Source: Methanolobus sp. (GTDB lineage Archaea; Halobacteriota; Methanosarcinia; Methanosarcinales; Methanosarcinaceae). Taken from it: a stretch of DNA of 64,000 bases. Both the position numbers and the translations under genes were made by a program. The notes under the pieces are model-generated. The model saw only the letters and a program-made list of their open reading frames with translations, was not told the origin of the DNA and did no database searches. Numbering within the stretch: the stretch's first letter is position 1; each line of letters begins with the position of its first letter. This document shows, piece by piece, positions 37,788 to 47,620 of this stretch. Where the stretch lies: contig JASKKT010000002.1 of NCBI GenBank assembly GCA_030154025.1, positions 4,958 through 68,957 on the forward strand, written 5' to 3'.

Positions 37788-38957
37788 TCATTCACTTTCA
37801 ATGGCTTCCACCGGGTCCAGCCGTGATGCCCTCCTTGCAGGATACACACCTGCAACCACATTTATCACAAACGAGAACACGATGGCGTAGAAAAAGTTAG
37901 ACGCCTCCAGCTTCAGTGGGAGGGTTGTCAGCCCGAAGTACATCTCACTGGGCAGGTCGATCTGGTAGCTGGAAAGCAGTACGGTTCCAAGGTATCCCAG
38001 AACGCAGCCCACCAGGACACCTATTGTGCCCAGGATCATTGATTCCAGCAGGAAGATGTTAGTTATATGCCTCCTCGAGGTGCCCATGGCCATCAGCATG
38101 CCTATTTCCCTGCGCTTTTCCATGACCACCGTGATAAGGGTATTCGCAACGCCAAAACCGGCTATCAGGTAGATGAGCCCGTAGTAAAGCCAGACCAGTA
38201 TTGCCTGGGTGTTTAGCAGTTCCAGTATCTGCCTGTTTGCCTCTATCCAGCTTACCGCATCAAGGCCTGTGGAGGATTCTATCGAAAGGGATATTTCTTC
38301 CGCCCGATAGGTGTCATTGGTGCGCACTTTGATGCTGCTTGCCACACCACTCTCCCCAAAGAGATCCTGGACAGAATCGAAGCGTGCATAGGCAAGGGTT
38401 TCATCCGCGGGGGTGCCTGTATGGAATATCCCCACAACCTTATATGAAGCAGGACCTGATGTGGGTATCACTGCAGATACCGTGTCGCCAACAACTACTC
38501 CAAGATCCTGAGCCAGCCTGTCACCAAGAACTATGCCATTGTTGCTTCTCGAAAGTACGGAGAAGTTCCCGGAAACGATATTCTCGTCAATTTGCATGAC
38601 AGCGTCCTCTGCAACGGGATCAATACCGTACAGCTCGACACCCTGTGCCTTATCCCTGTATTGCAGTGCGACCTGTCCTGTAAATACAGGCGACACTGCT
38701 GAAACGCCTTCAATGCCGAGTATCTGTTCAGAATAGTGCCTGTAGAAATGTACGTAGTCTGTTGTATCGTCCACGGGGCTTACAACAATATGGGCTGAGT
38801 TCTCTATGGTCATGGACATCAGCTCGTCCGTGAAACCTGACATCAGAGACATAAGCACAACGATCACGCCTATGGCAAGGGCTACCGCGAACACGGCAAA
38901 GAACGTAAGCCTTTTGCGTGCACTTATATGTCGGAGTGCTATGTCCAGTTCGTAAAT
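37788..38957 (-). CDS. LolC/E-like ABC permease (start uncertain, possibly ATT at 38957)
   Basis: YELDIALRHI, AHIVV, REIGMLMAMG and DPVEAI. Paralog of 35943-37100. Confidence 0.85.
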   Translation of the reverse strand: MYELDIALRHISARKRLTFFAVFAVALAIGVIVVLMSLMSGFTDELMSMTIENSAHIVVSPVDDTTDYVHFYRHYSEQILGIEGVSAVSPVFTGQVALQYRDKAQGVELYGIDPVAEDAVMQIDENIVSGNFSVLSRSNNGIVLGDRLAQDLGVVVGDTVSAVIPTSGPASYKVVGIFHTGTPADETLAYARFDSVQDLFGESGVASSIKVRTNDTYRAEEISLSIESSTGLDAVSWIEANRQILELLNTQAILVWLYYGLIYLIAGFGVANTLITVVMEKRREIGMLMAMGTSRRHITNIFLLESMILGTIGVLVGCVLGYLGTVLLSSYQIDLPSEMYFGLTTLPLKLEASNFFYAIVFSFVINVVAGVYPARRASRLDPVEAIESE

Positions 38958-39067
38958 ATATCCCTCATTTTTATACCCGGTACTGGTACTTGGACCCCTG
39001 GATATAATTATATTTGCATCACGGAATTCCATAGCGACCAGAGCGCGGATAATAAGGCCATCCCGGT

Positions 39068-39694
39068 TCACTTATGCGAGAACGCAAGTTCAAGACCTAT
39101 GAGTGCAAAGATGGCGGCTTTTGTGCGGTTCACATACCTGCCAATACCGGGTGTGTTCAAGAGCTTCAGGCCAATATGACCGGCGAACACGGAAACAAGG
39201 AAGAATATGAGCAGCGCCTGCACAAGGAATATGAAGCCCAGGAAAATCATCTGCAAAGGGACATTGCCTGCTCCGGTGTTCACGAACTGGGGCAGGAAGG
39301 CAAGGAAGAAAAGGGATACCTTGGGATTCAGCAGGTTCATGAAAATGCCTCGCTTGTAGAGAACTGAAGTGCCGTACTCTTTTGCAGACATGGAGGATAT
39401 GAAGCTGTCACCTTCACGGATGGCCTGGAATGCAAGGTACAGGAGGTACACGGCACCTGCATACTTGACGAGCGTGAATGCCAGGGCAGACTTATAGATA
39501 ATGGCGGAGACCCCCAGTGCGGCAGCCGTTGTATGGAACATCAGGCCCGTGCACAGGCCGCATGCTGTGGCAATGCCGGCCCCTTTGCCTGAAGAGATGC
39601 TTTGCGTCAGCACAAATATAATATCAGGACCGGGCAACAGTGTCAGGGCCGCCGAGGCTGCAATGAAGTATAGTAGCTGTGCCGGTTCTGTCAA
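39068..39694 (-). CDS. LysE/RhtB family exporter
   Basis: PGPD, KYAGAVYLLYLA and NLLNPKVSLFFLAFLPQF. Confidence 0.93.
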   Translation of the reverse strand: MTEPAQLLYFIAASAALTLLPGPDIIFVLTQSISSGKGAGIATACGLCTGLMFHTTAAALGVSAIIYKSALAFTLVKYAGAVYLLYLAFQAIREGDSFISSMSAKEYGTSVLYKRGIFMNLLNPKVSLFFLAFLPQFVNTGAGNVPLQMIFLGFIFLVQALLIFFLVSVFAGHIGLKLLNTPGIGRYVNRTKAAIFALIGLELAFSHK

Positions 39695-39822
39695 GGTTCA
39701 CACTTCCATATTACATGACAAGGATCCGCTGCCGGTCCTGCCCGGATATATGAAGACGAAATGCTATAAATAAAGATTCCCATTATGGCTCTTAGACAAA
39801 GAGATATCAAGGAGGAGTTTTT

Positions 39823-41073
39823 ATCAAAGTACAGATACCTTACGGAAAAGAGTACGTCGACCTTGATGTAGGAATCCCCCACGAGGTCATTGCACCCAAT
39901 CAGGTGAGGGCAGGGGATGAGTCAGAGATCATCGATGCGGCTTTGAGGAATCCTGTGGGAACGGGATCCCTTGAGGATTTCGTGAAGAGCAGCCACAGGA
40001 TCCTGATACTGGTGAACGACGCTACAAGGCCGACACCCACCGCAAAGGTGCTCCTCAGGATGCGTGACCTGCTTAAAAGCCATAAAGATGTGCGATTCCT
40101 TGTTGCAACAGGTGCCCACAGGGGTCCGACGGAGGATGAGTTCCTGTATATCTTCGGGGAAATGTACAACGAGTTCAGGGACAGGATATTCGTGCACGAC
40201 GCACGCAGGGACGAGGACATGGAATATCTTGGAGTTTCCAGTAATGGCACCGAGATGTACCTCAACAGGATGGTCAGTGAGAGCAGGAACATCATAGTTA
40301 TCGGAAGTGTGGAGCCCCATTATTTTGCCGGCTATACGGGAGGAAGAAAGGCTTTCCTGCCAGGCGTGGCGTCATACCAGACCATCGAGATGAACCATAA
40401 ACACGCACTCTCCGATGCTGCACAACCCCTGGCCATCAGGGGGAACCCGGTTGCAGAGGACATGGACGATGCTATGGAAGTGCTCAAGGAGCTTAACATA
40501 TTCTCCATACAGACCGTCCTTACGGCAGACCATGGACTTTATGCCATGGTTGCAGGCGATCTTTTCAGGTCCTTCGATATTGCAGTGGAGAAGGCGAACG
40601 AAGTATTCTGTGCAAAATGCAGCAGGAAGGGAAGCATTGTGCTCACAGCAGCACCCTATCCTATGGATATTGACCTCTACCAGTCCCAGAAGGCACTGGA
40701 GAACGGCAAGCTGGCACTTGAGGATGGAGGGATTATCATCCTGGTATCAAAATGCAGGCAGGGAGTGGGTGATGATGCGTTCCTGAACCTGCTGTGTTCT
40801 GCAAACACATGCGAGGAAGTCATGTGTAAGATAGATGAAGGTTACAAGCTCGGGTACCATAAAGCTGCCAAGATGGCGCAGATCGGAGTGTATGCCGAGA
40901 TGTGGGCAGTGTCCGAGCTTGACGATGGAACCGTCAGGAAGGCAAAACTGCAGCCTTGCATGGATATCCAGGGAACCTTTGACAGGGCGGTTGCGAAAAT
41001 AAGGGAACAGGGGAAACAGCCATACGCAGTTATCCTGCCCCAGGGCAGCCTGACCGTTCCGCTCCTGAGATAA
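39823..41073 (+). CDS. larA: Nickel-pincer-dependent lactate racemase family protein (start probably ATC 39823)
   Basis: IPYGK, NDATRPTPT, ATGAHR, EPHYFAGYTGGRK, NH and YQSQKA motifs. Confidence 0.88.
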   Translation: MKVQIPYGKEYVDLDVGIPHEVIAPNQVRAGDESEIIDAALRNPVGTGSLEDFVKSSHRILILVNDATRPTPTAKVLLRMRDLLKSHKDVRFLVATGAHRGPTEDEFLYIFGEMYNEFRDRIFVHDARRDEDMEYLGVSSNGTEMYLNRMVSESRNIIVIGSVEPHYFAGYTGGRKAFLPGVASYQTIEMNHKHALSDAAQPLAIRGNPVAEDMDDAMEVLKELNIFSIQTVLTADHGLYAMVAGDLFRSFDIAVEKANEVFCAKCSRKGSIVLTAAPYPMDIDLYQSQKALENGKLALEDGGIIILVSKCRQGVGDDAFLNLLCSANTCEEVMCKIDEGYKLGYHKAAKMAQIGVYAEMWAVSELDDGTVRKAKLQPCMDIQGTFDRAVAKIREQGKQPYAVILPQGSLTVPLLR

Positions 41074-41106
41074 AAGGGAAAAATAAAAAAATAGATTTAA
41101 AAGGGT

Positions 41107-42381
41107 TCAGAGCTGCATGTAACGTGCAGCTTCACCCAGATCTTCTTCTATGCGCAGGAGCTGGTTGTACTTTGCAGTCCTGTCGCTTCTTGCGGGCGCT
41201 CCTGTCTTGATAAGATCTGCAGTGAGGGCAACTGCGATGTCTGCAATCGTTGCGTCCTCGGTCTCTGCGGAGCGGTGGCTCACAACTACGCTGTAACCAT
41301 TGCGCACTGCCATGTTAGCCGCATCAAGGGCCTCGGATATCGTGCCTATCTGGTTGACCTTGAGCAGCAGGGCATTGCCTGCGCACATCTCTATACCCTT
41401 TGCAAGACGTGACACATTGGTCACGAAGAGGTCATCGCCCACTATTATTGTCTCCCATGCCTCTGTCGTGAGGGTTGCGAAGTCCTCGAAGGATTCCTCG
41501 TGGAAGGGGTCCTCGATGAGTATAATGGGATAAGTCTCGATGAGCTCCAGATAGTAGTCTATCATCTCTCCGGGCGTGAGCAACTTGCCGTCGATAGAAT
41601 AGTTCTGCCCGTCAAAGAATTCCGATGCCGCTGCATCAAGGCCGAGAGTTATCTCCGATTCTGTGTAGCCGGCCTCCTCGATGGCATGCACGAGGGCATC
41701 AAGGGCATCAGCGGTCATCTCAAGCGGAGGGGCATAGCCGCCCTCGTACCCGACATTGAGTGCAGATGCGCCGTATTTGGATTTGAGCACCTTGCCAAGT
41801 GCGTGATATGTCTCGACACCCATACGCAGGGCCTCGGAGTAAGTGTCGGCACCCTTTGGCTGGATCATGAACTCCTGGATGGAAAGGTCATTACCGGCAT
41901 GCTTTCCACCATTGATGACATTCATTGTGGGGACAGGAAGGGTATAGGCATTCACACCGCCAAGATACCTGTAAAGCGGCATGTTCAGGGAGTCAGCAGC
42001 GGCCTTTGCAACGGCCATGGAAACACCCAGGATCGCATTGGCGCCAAGCTCCATCTTGTTGTCGGTACCGTCAAGGGCGAGCATCAGCCCGTCAATCTCC
42101 CGCTGGTTCCTGACATCCATTCCCAGTAACTCGCTCTCGATGGTGGTTGCCACGTTGTCCACTGCATCAAGGACACCTTTGCCACCATAGCGGTCTTCCT
42201 TGTCGCGCAGCTCCAGAGCTTCATTGGTACCGGTAGAAGCACCGGATGGCACACTGGCCCTGCCGAAACCGCATGAAGTGCGAACATCCACTTCCACAGT
42301 CGGATTGCCTCTTGAATCCAGGATCTCACGTGCACGGATCTTCTCAATTCTATATTTATTATCCTCGCTAATATACGCCAT
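41107..42381 (-). CDS. eno: Enolase
   Basis: ILDSRGNPTVEV, VPSGASTG, LLKVNQIG and SHRSAETED. Confidence 0.96.
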   Translation of the reverse strand: MAYISEDNKYRIEKIRAREILDSRGNPTVEVDVRTSCGFGRASVPSGASTGTNEALELRDKEDRYGGKGVLDAVDNVATTIESELLGMDVRNQREIDGLMLALDGTDNKMELGANAILGVSMAVAKAAADSLNMPLYRYLGGVNAYTLPVPTMNVINGGKHAGNDLSIQEFMIQPKGADTYSEALRMGVETYHALGKVLKSKYGASALNVGYEGGYAPPLEMTADALDALVHAIEEAGYTESEITLGLDAAASEFFDGQNYSIDGKLLTPGEMIDYYLELIETYPIILIEDPFHEESFEDFATLTTEAWETIIVGDDLFVTNVSRLAKGIEMCAGNALLLKVNQIGTISEALDAANMAVRNGYSVVVSHRSAETEDATIADIAVALTADLIKTGAPARSDRTAKYNQLLRIEEDLGEAARYMQL

Positions 42382-42529
42382 CCTATTCCACCTTTGGATT
42401 ATACATCTACTTCGCAATTACCGTATATATTGTTACCGTTCATTAGCAAGTTTTAGCATTCTTTGAGACTATCTTAAAACAATTATATCCAGGTAAATTA
42501 TATAAACATATAAGTATTATAGTCAATAA

Positions 42530-42916
42530 ATGAAATCTGATGATACTAGTAGTCTTTTAGAAGGAAAAGGTCACGAGATCATAGAGTTACTGCAGGGCCT
42601 GGATGTCCCCAGGACTGAAGCCATATGCATAGCATGCCTTGTCTGCGGTGAAGAACTCACATCCCAGAACATAGAGCAGGCTTCCGGCCTCAGGCAGCCT
42701 GAGGTCAGCATTGCCATGCGCCCCTTAAGGGAAAGGAAATGGATAGAGGAGCGCAATGAGAAGAAGAACAGCGACAAGGGCAGGCCGGTAAAATACTATA
42801 AGCTGGTGGTGCCTTTTGAGCAGATCGTCGAGACCTTTGAGAATAACATCCTGAGAAAGAACAAGGAAATCGCGGAAGCTCTTGAGCAGCTCAAGGAACT
42901 CAGCGCAAACAGCTGA
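42530..42916 (+). CDS. Winged-helix transcriptional regulator (Methanosarcinales family)
   Basis: IEQASGLRQPEVSIAM and KGRPVKYY. Confidence 0.82.
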   Translation: MKSDDTSSLLEGKGHEIIELLQGLDVPRTEAICIACLVCGEELTSQNIEQASGLRQPEVSIAMRPLRERKWIEERNEKKNSDKGRPVKYYKLVVPFEQIVETFENNILRKNKEIAEALEQLKELSANS

Positions 42917-42932
42917 ACCGGACTAACTCCGG

Positions 42933-43373
42933 CTATTTCCTGAAAGCTACGGGTGCAAAACCCCTGTCAGCATCAAAAACCCTTTCTGCGCTGATTCCTG
43001 CAAGTTCAAGGATGAATACTTCTGAGACCATGAATATCTCACTTTTGCCCCTCAGACAGCCTACCTTGGATTCCGTTCCCCTGCCTGCCGCTGCGTGAAG
43101 ATGTATCTTAGGATTTCCGCCTTCTGAAAAGATGTTCCCTACACCAAGCACCTCATGGGCGTCCTGGAAACCTTCCCACTGCACCTCAGGAGGGACTTTG
43201 TTCTCCCTGGGTCCGACAACAAGGCTTGCCTCCCTGACCGCACCTAGCAGCAGGAACATAGCTGACATAATATCCTCATCCCTTGCAAGACCTTCCAGTT
43301 CACGCAGAAGGTCGTCACCGTGATCCAGCCGGACCGTGAAAACCCTGCCTATTGATCCTTTTACATATTCCAT
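42933..43373 (-). CDS. PPC/DUF296 domain protein
   Basis: VRLDHGDDLL, LGAV, HEVLGVGNI and IHLH. Confidence 0.88.
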   Translation of the reverse strand: MEYVKGSIGRVFTVRLDHGDDLLRELEGLARDEDIMSAMFLLLGAVREASLVVGPRENKVPPEVQWEGFQDAHEVLGVGNIFSEGGNPKIHLHAAAGRGTESKVGCLRGKSEIFMVSEVFILELAGISAERVFDADRGFAPVAFRK

Positions 43374-43390
43374 GGGACCCTGAATGGAAT

Positions 43391-44074
43391 TTAATCCTCG
43401 TATATCTTTCCGTCAACGAGCCGTATTATGCGGTCCGTCTTCTTTGCCATCTTCTCATCATGGGTAACCAGGATGAATGTCTGCCCCTTGTCCTGATTCA
43501 GCTTCCTCAGCAGGTCATATATCATGTCACTTGACTTCGTATCCAGATTGCCGGTAGGCTCATCTCCTATGACTATGCCCGGATTGTTTGCAAGCGCCCT
43601 TGCAACCGAGACTCTCTGGGCCTGCCCTCCCGACAGCTGGCTTGGCAGATGATCCATCCTTTCGGCCAGTCCCACGTCCTCCAGGAGACCTGCAGCTATA
43701 TCTCTCGCAGCTTTCTTACCGGTGCCTGCAATCAGCAAAGGCATCATTACGTTTTCAAGGGCAGTAAAATCGGGCAGGAGGTGATGATACTGGAAAACAA
43801 AACCCAGTACTTCATTACGAGCTTTAGAACGCTCCTTTTCAGACATCTCAGTGACAACACGGCCATCTATTGTGATGGTTCCAGAACTGGGTGTGTCGAG
43901 TATGCCTATCATATGGAGAAGAGTGCTTTTCCCCGAACCGGAAGGACCTATTATGGAAAGGAACTCACCTCTTTTGATATCAAGGTCTATGCCGTCAAGG
44001 GCTCGCACTTCCACACCTCCCGGATAGACCTTCGAGAGGTTCCTTATCTCAATGATGATGGGTTCGTCATTCAT
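43391..44074 (-). CDS. LolD-like ABC ATPase
   Basis: GPSGSGKSTLLH, FVFQYHHLLPDFTALENVMMP (LolD-like) and LSGGQAQR. Confidence 0.92.
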   Translation of the reverse strand: MNDEPIIIEIRNLSKVYPGGVEVRALDGIDLDIKRGEFLSIIGPSGSGKSTLLHMIGILDTPSSGTITIDGRVVTEMSEKERSKARNEVLGFVFQYHHLLPDFTALENVMMPLLIAGTGKKAARDIAAGLLEDVGLAERMDHLPSQLSGGQAQRVSVARALANNPGIVIGDEPTGNLDTKSSDMIYDLLRKLNQDKGQTFILVTHDEKMAKKTDRIIRLVDGKIYED

Positions 44075-44226
44075 AAGCAGTCAGGAATTTAAGCTTACAT
44101 TTGAATTAAGAGTATTTGAAAGTATTTGACAATGGAACTGCGGAAAACAGAAATGAGAGAACAGGAATAAAAGAAAAAGTAGGAAGCCGCTACTCCTGCT
44201 GCTATTAAGGCACTTGGGAGACCCGT

Positions 44227-45333
44227 TCAATAGGACGGGTCCATGCCATTTATCTGTGAGAAGGCCCTGTCAACTTCCTTCATACTGTCGACCCTCTCTT
44301 TCTTCTGGCGCTCGTAGTTGATAGCCTCAACAGCTATGGCATACAGGTTCTCGAGTTCTACCGCCGACTCCAGGGTCAGCACGGTGAGCGCCTGAGGCAG
44401 CTCGTCGTTGCGCACAATGATCCCTTTGAATACCTGACCTACGCAGCTTGAAAGCTGTTCCACTTCAGATGAGACCTCATCGATGCTCATGTATTTCCTG
44501 TCACCTTTGAGAATTATCATCGACCTGCTTGCTTCCTGGTAGGCGTCTGTCGAGAAGAGCATACCTTCCGGCGAAAGAGCATTCTTTATAACGGACTTGA
44601 TAGGCATTTCAGCTTCGGCTTCATAGAAGCCAATCGTTGCGAGCCCGGCACCGCCGCTCATTACGGTCTTGAAATCACCAAGGTCGGTGACCATCATCAT
44701 TTCGCTGTCAAGGGCATCCATCAGGAACAGAAGCCTTTTGGCTATCATATCGTTAATGCCATTGTAGGCCGACTCCACATTCCCGCCCATCTGCTTGAGG
44801 AACTGGTTATCAGCAAGGATGATACCATCAGCGCCACTCTCACGCAGATCCTTCAGGCAGAAGGCCGCATTCTGCAGGTAAAGTGTCCCTTCTTCCCTGA
44901 AAGGCAGGACAACGAGCGCATAGATCGGATAGTTGCATTTCTCCTTGAGCTCCCTTATCAGCAGGGGGGTAAAGGAAGATCCAGTGCCTCCTGAAGCTGA
45001 GGTTATGACAAAGGCAACATCAAAGTCCCCTCTGTCCTGAATGTTCTTCATGATAAGGGTCTTATTGTCCTCAAAGACGTGTTTACCTACGTTCCGGTTT
45101 GCACCTACACCATGTAAGTGAGGCGTGTGTATCCTGTCCTTTGCCTTGGTGAACTTCATTTCCTTAAGATCGTTCACCGCAGTGTTGATCGCAATCGTCT
45201 GCACGTTGCTTTTGTATTTCTGCTGGGACAGGTATTTGGCAAAGCGTCCCTTGGTGCCAAAAGCTTCCCTGTTGATAGCGTCAAGGATACGGTTTCCGCA
45301 TTGTCCGTTTCCGATTACTAATATGTTGAGCAA
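44227..45333 (-). CDS. Divergent tubulin/FtsZ-superfamily GTPase (CetZ-like)
   Basis: GNGQCGN, INTA..DL, GVGAN, SGGTGSS, ADN and VTDLGDF. Confidence 0.88.
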   Translation of the reverse strand: MLNILVIGNGQCGNRILDAINREAFGTKGRFAKYLSQQKYKSNVQTIAINTAVNDLKEMKFTKAKDRIHTPHLHGVGANRNVGKHVFEDNKTLIMKNIQDRGDFDVAFVITSASGGTGSSFTPLLIRELKEKCNYPIYALVVLPFREEGTLYLQNAAFCLKDLRESGADGIILADNQFLKQMGGNVESAYNGINDMIAKRLLFLMDALDSEMMMVTDLGDFKTVMSGGAGLATIGFYEAEAEMPIKSVIKNALSPEGMLFSTDAYQEASRSMIILKGDRKYMSIDEVSSEVEQLSSCVGQVFKGIIVRNDELPQALTVLTLESAVELENLYAIAVEAINYERQKKERVDSMKEVDRAFSQINGMDPSY

Positions 45334-45406
45334 GAGAGTCCTCCTATAATAAATATAATATTGATATAATAAATGTTGTGCTTAAAGTCTTCTATTATAA
45401 CCTGTG

Positions 45407-46666
45407 TTAGAACTTGTACTGCCTGTGCTTGTAGAAGAACCAGCCTGCAAGGATACCGATCAAGAGTAAGGGAACCAGATAGACGTAGACAGGTTGCTCA
45501 AGCAGGTAATCGTATTTCCCTTCCTTAACGTATATTGCATTGGTCATGGAAGTCGAGCTGGCACTTTGGAGGTTAGGGTTCACTCCATCATTGAAACTGT
45601 AATAGTTTTGGGTAGAGACAGTATAAGTACCTTCATCCACGGCCTTCAGACGAAATGCAATCTCTTTTTCTTGTTGCATGCCAAATGATTCCATATAAAT
45701 AGTAGGTACACCGGAGATTATTTCTATACTGGAATCACCATCTACGTATTTTAATCCAGCTGGCACTAACAGACTGATTTTTACACCGCTTGCTGAAGAC
45801 TCGCCAATGTTCTTCATCCTGATAGTTCCCTGAAGGTTGCCCCTGCGGTCCACAGTGTACTTATCCAGAGATACCGTAACATCCAGATTGGCTTTCCTGC
45901 TACTGTCCTCAACCACTACGGTCGGACTATTGGAAGATGCCTGAGGGAGTTCATCGCCTACGTTGTTGGAATAAATAGCAGTAGTAGGGTTAAGAACGAA
46001 TGTCCCGGCTTCAGTTGCTTTAAGAGTATATACATAAACCAGTCGTGTTTCTCCTTTTGTAATTATTGTCTGTCCGGTAGGAGCTATCAGAGTTTGCTGT
46101 AAAACGAACTTAGCCGGAGTGGGATCGGAAAAAATAATCTTTTCTGCGTCACCGTCCCCTTTGTTTGTTACTGATACTTTTATAGTTACTTCATCCCCTA
46201 CCCCCATCGTAGCCGGTTCGACGGTTTTTGTTATATCAAGAACTGGTGTTTTAGGGAACACAGCATTAGTATGACCACCATCAACTTTACCTAGCGTTTT
46301 AGTATTGATAAAACTCGAATCAGTGACAGTTATCGATAATTTGGCAGGACCTTTGAGACCTGAATATACAGACACTAAATTCACTTTTACATCCTCACCC
46401 TCAACTTTAAATGTGAAGGAATCCCCTACGGATAAGAACTTATCATATTTTGGAGTTTTACTTTCACCTTCATACACATAGATAGTTGCAACTTCACTAC
46501 TATAGATTACATCGGCCACTTCGATGAAGTAGTTATTTATCTGGTATCCGCTACCCACGTCAATTGTGTCATTGAATAGTATCTTCCCGGAGGCACCGCC
46601 TGCCGAGATTAGCATTAAGAATACAGCCAGTGACATGAAAGTAAGTGTTTTTCCAAAATGATTCAT
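45407..46666 (-). CDS. Secreted Ig-like (BatD/DUF11-type) surface protein with C-terminal membrane anchor
   Basis: Signal peptide, LDITKTV..VGDEVTIKVSVTNKG repeats, C-terminal TM and basic tail. Confidence 0.75.
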   Translation of the reverse strand: MNHFGKTLTFMSLAVFLMLISAGGASGKILFNDTIDVGSGYQINNYFIEVADVIYSSEVATIYVYEGESKTPKYDKFLSVGDSFTFKVEGEDVKVNLVSVYSGLKGPAKLSITVTDSSFINTKTLGKVDGGHTNAVFPKTPVLDITKTVEPATMGVGDEVTIKVSVTNKGDGDAEKIIFSDPTPAKFVLQQTLIAPTGQTIITKGETRLVYVYTLKATEAGTFVLNPTTAIYSNNVGDELPQASSNSPTVVVEDSSRKANLDVTVSLDKYTVDRRGNLQGTIRMKNIGESSASGVKISLLVPAGLKYVDGDSSIEIISGVPTIYMESFGMQQEKEIAFRLKAVDEGTYTVSTQNYYSFNDGVNPNLQSASSTSMTNAIYVKEGKYDYLLEQPVYVYLVPLLLIGILAGWFFYKHRQYKF

Positions 46667-46780
46667 GTTCCCTCAAACCATAAGCCATTATCAAATCTAG
46701 TTACGTATAACTTGATAAGTATGCTGTGTTTAATATAAAGGTTGTGTTATCTAATCGTAGGATGTAGGAAGTAATATCTA

Positions 46781-47620
46781 TTAAATCTTGCTCTTTTGGT
46801 CGGAAAATTCAAGGCTGACATCTATCCAGCGGGCCTGGTGTATAAGCGAACCCATGGAAATTACATCAACACCTGTCCTGGCATAGGCATCAAGATCATC
46901 GGGGCCGATACCTCCGGATACTTCAAGCACTATGTGTCCGGCAATTCCGGCCTTCCTGAGACTGGCCATCGTTTGAGCGACCTGAGAGGGGGTCATGTTA
47001 TCCAGCATTATGATGTCAGCTCCCAGGGACGCAGCCTTTAACGCATCCTCTGCCGACTCGACCTCGATCTCTATCTTCTGGGTAAAGCTTGCCTTCTGCC
47101 TTGCAGATCTCAGGGCAGCCTCAACACCCATCATATTGACATGGTTGTCCTTGATCATGACAGTATCCGAGAGGTTGAACCTGTGCGGGTCGCCACCTCC
47201 TGCAACGACTGCCAGCTTCTCATACTTGCGCAGGCCGGGAGTTGTTTTCCTGGTACAGGCGATCCTGACACCTGGTACAGACGCAACTGTGTCCACACAC
47301 CTGCGCGTCAGTGTCGCAATGCCACACAAGTGGCCCAGGAAATTGAGAACCAGGCGCTCTGCCCTGAGTATGGATACCGAGCTGCCGGAGAGAGTGAATA
47401 TAATAGTTCCTTTTGCAAGCCTGTCACCATCCGAGAGGGTGGTAACGGCATGTATTCCGAGATAGTCAAAGAAGGACCTTGCAACATCCAGCCCGGCCAG
47501 GACACAATCCTCTTTTGTGAAAATGACAGCTTCTACCTCCCTGTCAGGAACAAGTGTACAGGATATGTCATTAGATCCAAGGTCTTCCTCCAGAAAACGT
47601 TCTATTTCAGTTATGAGCAT
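46781..47620 (-). CDS. nadC: Quinolinate phosphoribosyltransferase
   Basis: TRKTTPGLR, HRFNLSD, IKDNH and IMLDN. Confidence 0.95.
   Translation of the reverse strand: MLITEIERFLEEDLGSNDISCTLVPDREVEAVIFTKEDCVLAGLDVARSFFDYLGIHAVTTLSDGDRLAKGTIIFTLSGSSVSILRAERLVLNFLGHLCGIATLTRRCVDTVASVPGVRIACTRKTTPGLRKYEKLAVVAGGGDPHRFNLSDTVMIKDNHVNMMGVEAALRSARQKASFTQKIEIEVESAEDALKAASLGADIIMLDNMTPSQVAQTMASLRKAGIAGHIVLEVSGGIGPDDLDAYARTGVDVISMGSLIHQARWIDVSLEFSDQKSKI

Noticed and set aside
37567..37900. Short ORFs (65-81 aa) between the PPase-like gene and the permease
   Set aside because: No motifs or SD. The region shows promoter and RNA-structure signals instead.
39785..39871. Upstream out-of-frame ATG ORF that might frameshift into larA at GTTTTTA
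   Set aside because: The slippery site is imperfect, the ATG lies at or before the expected TSS, and SD spacing fits direct initiation at 39823 better.
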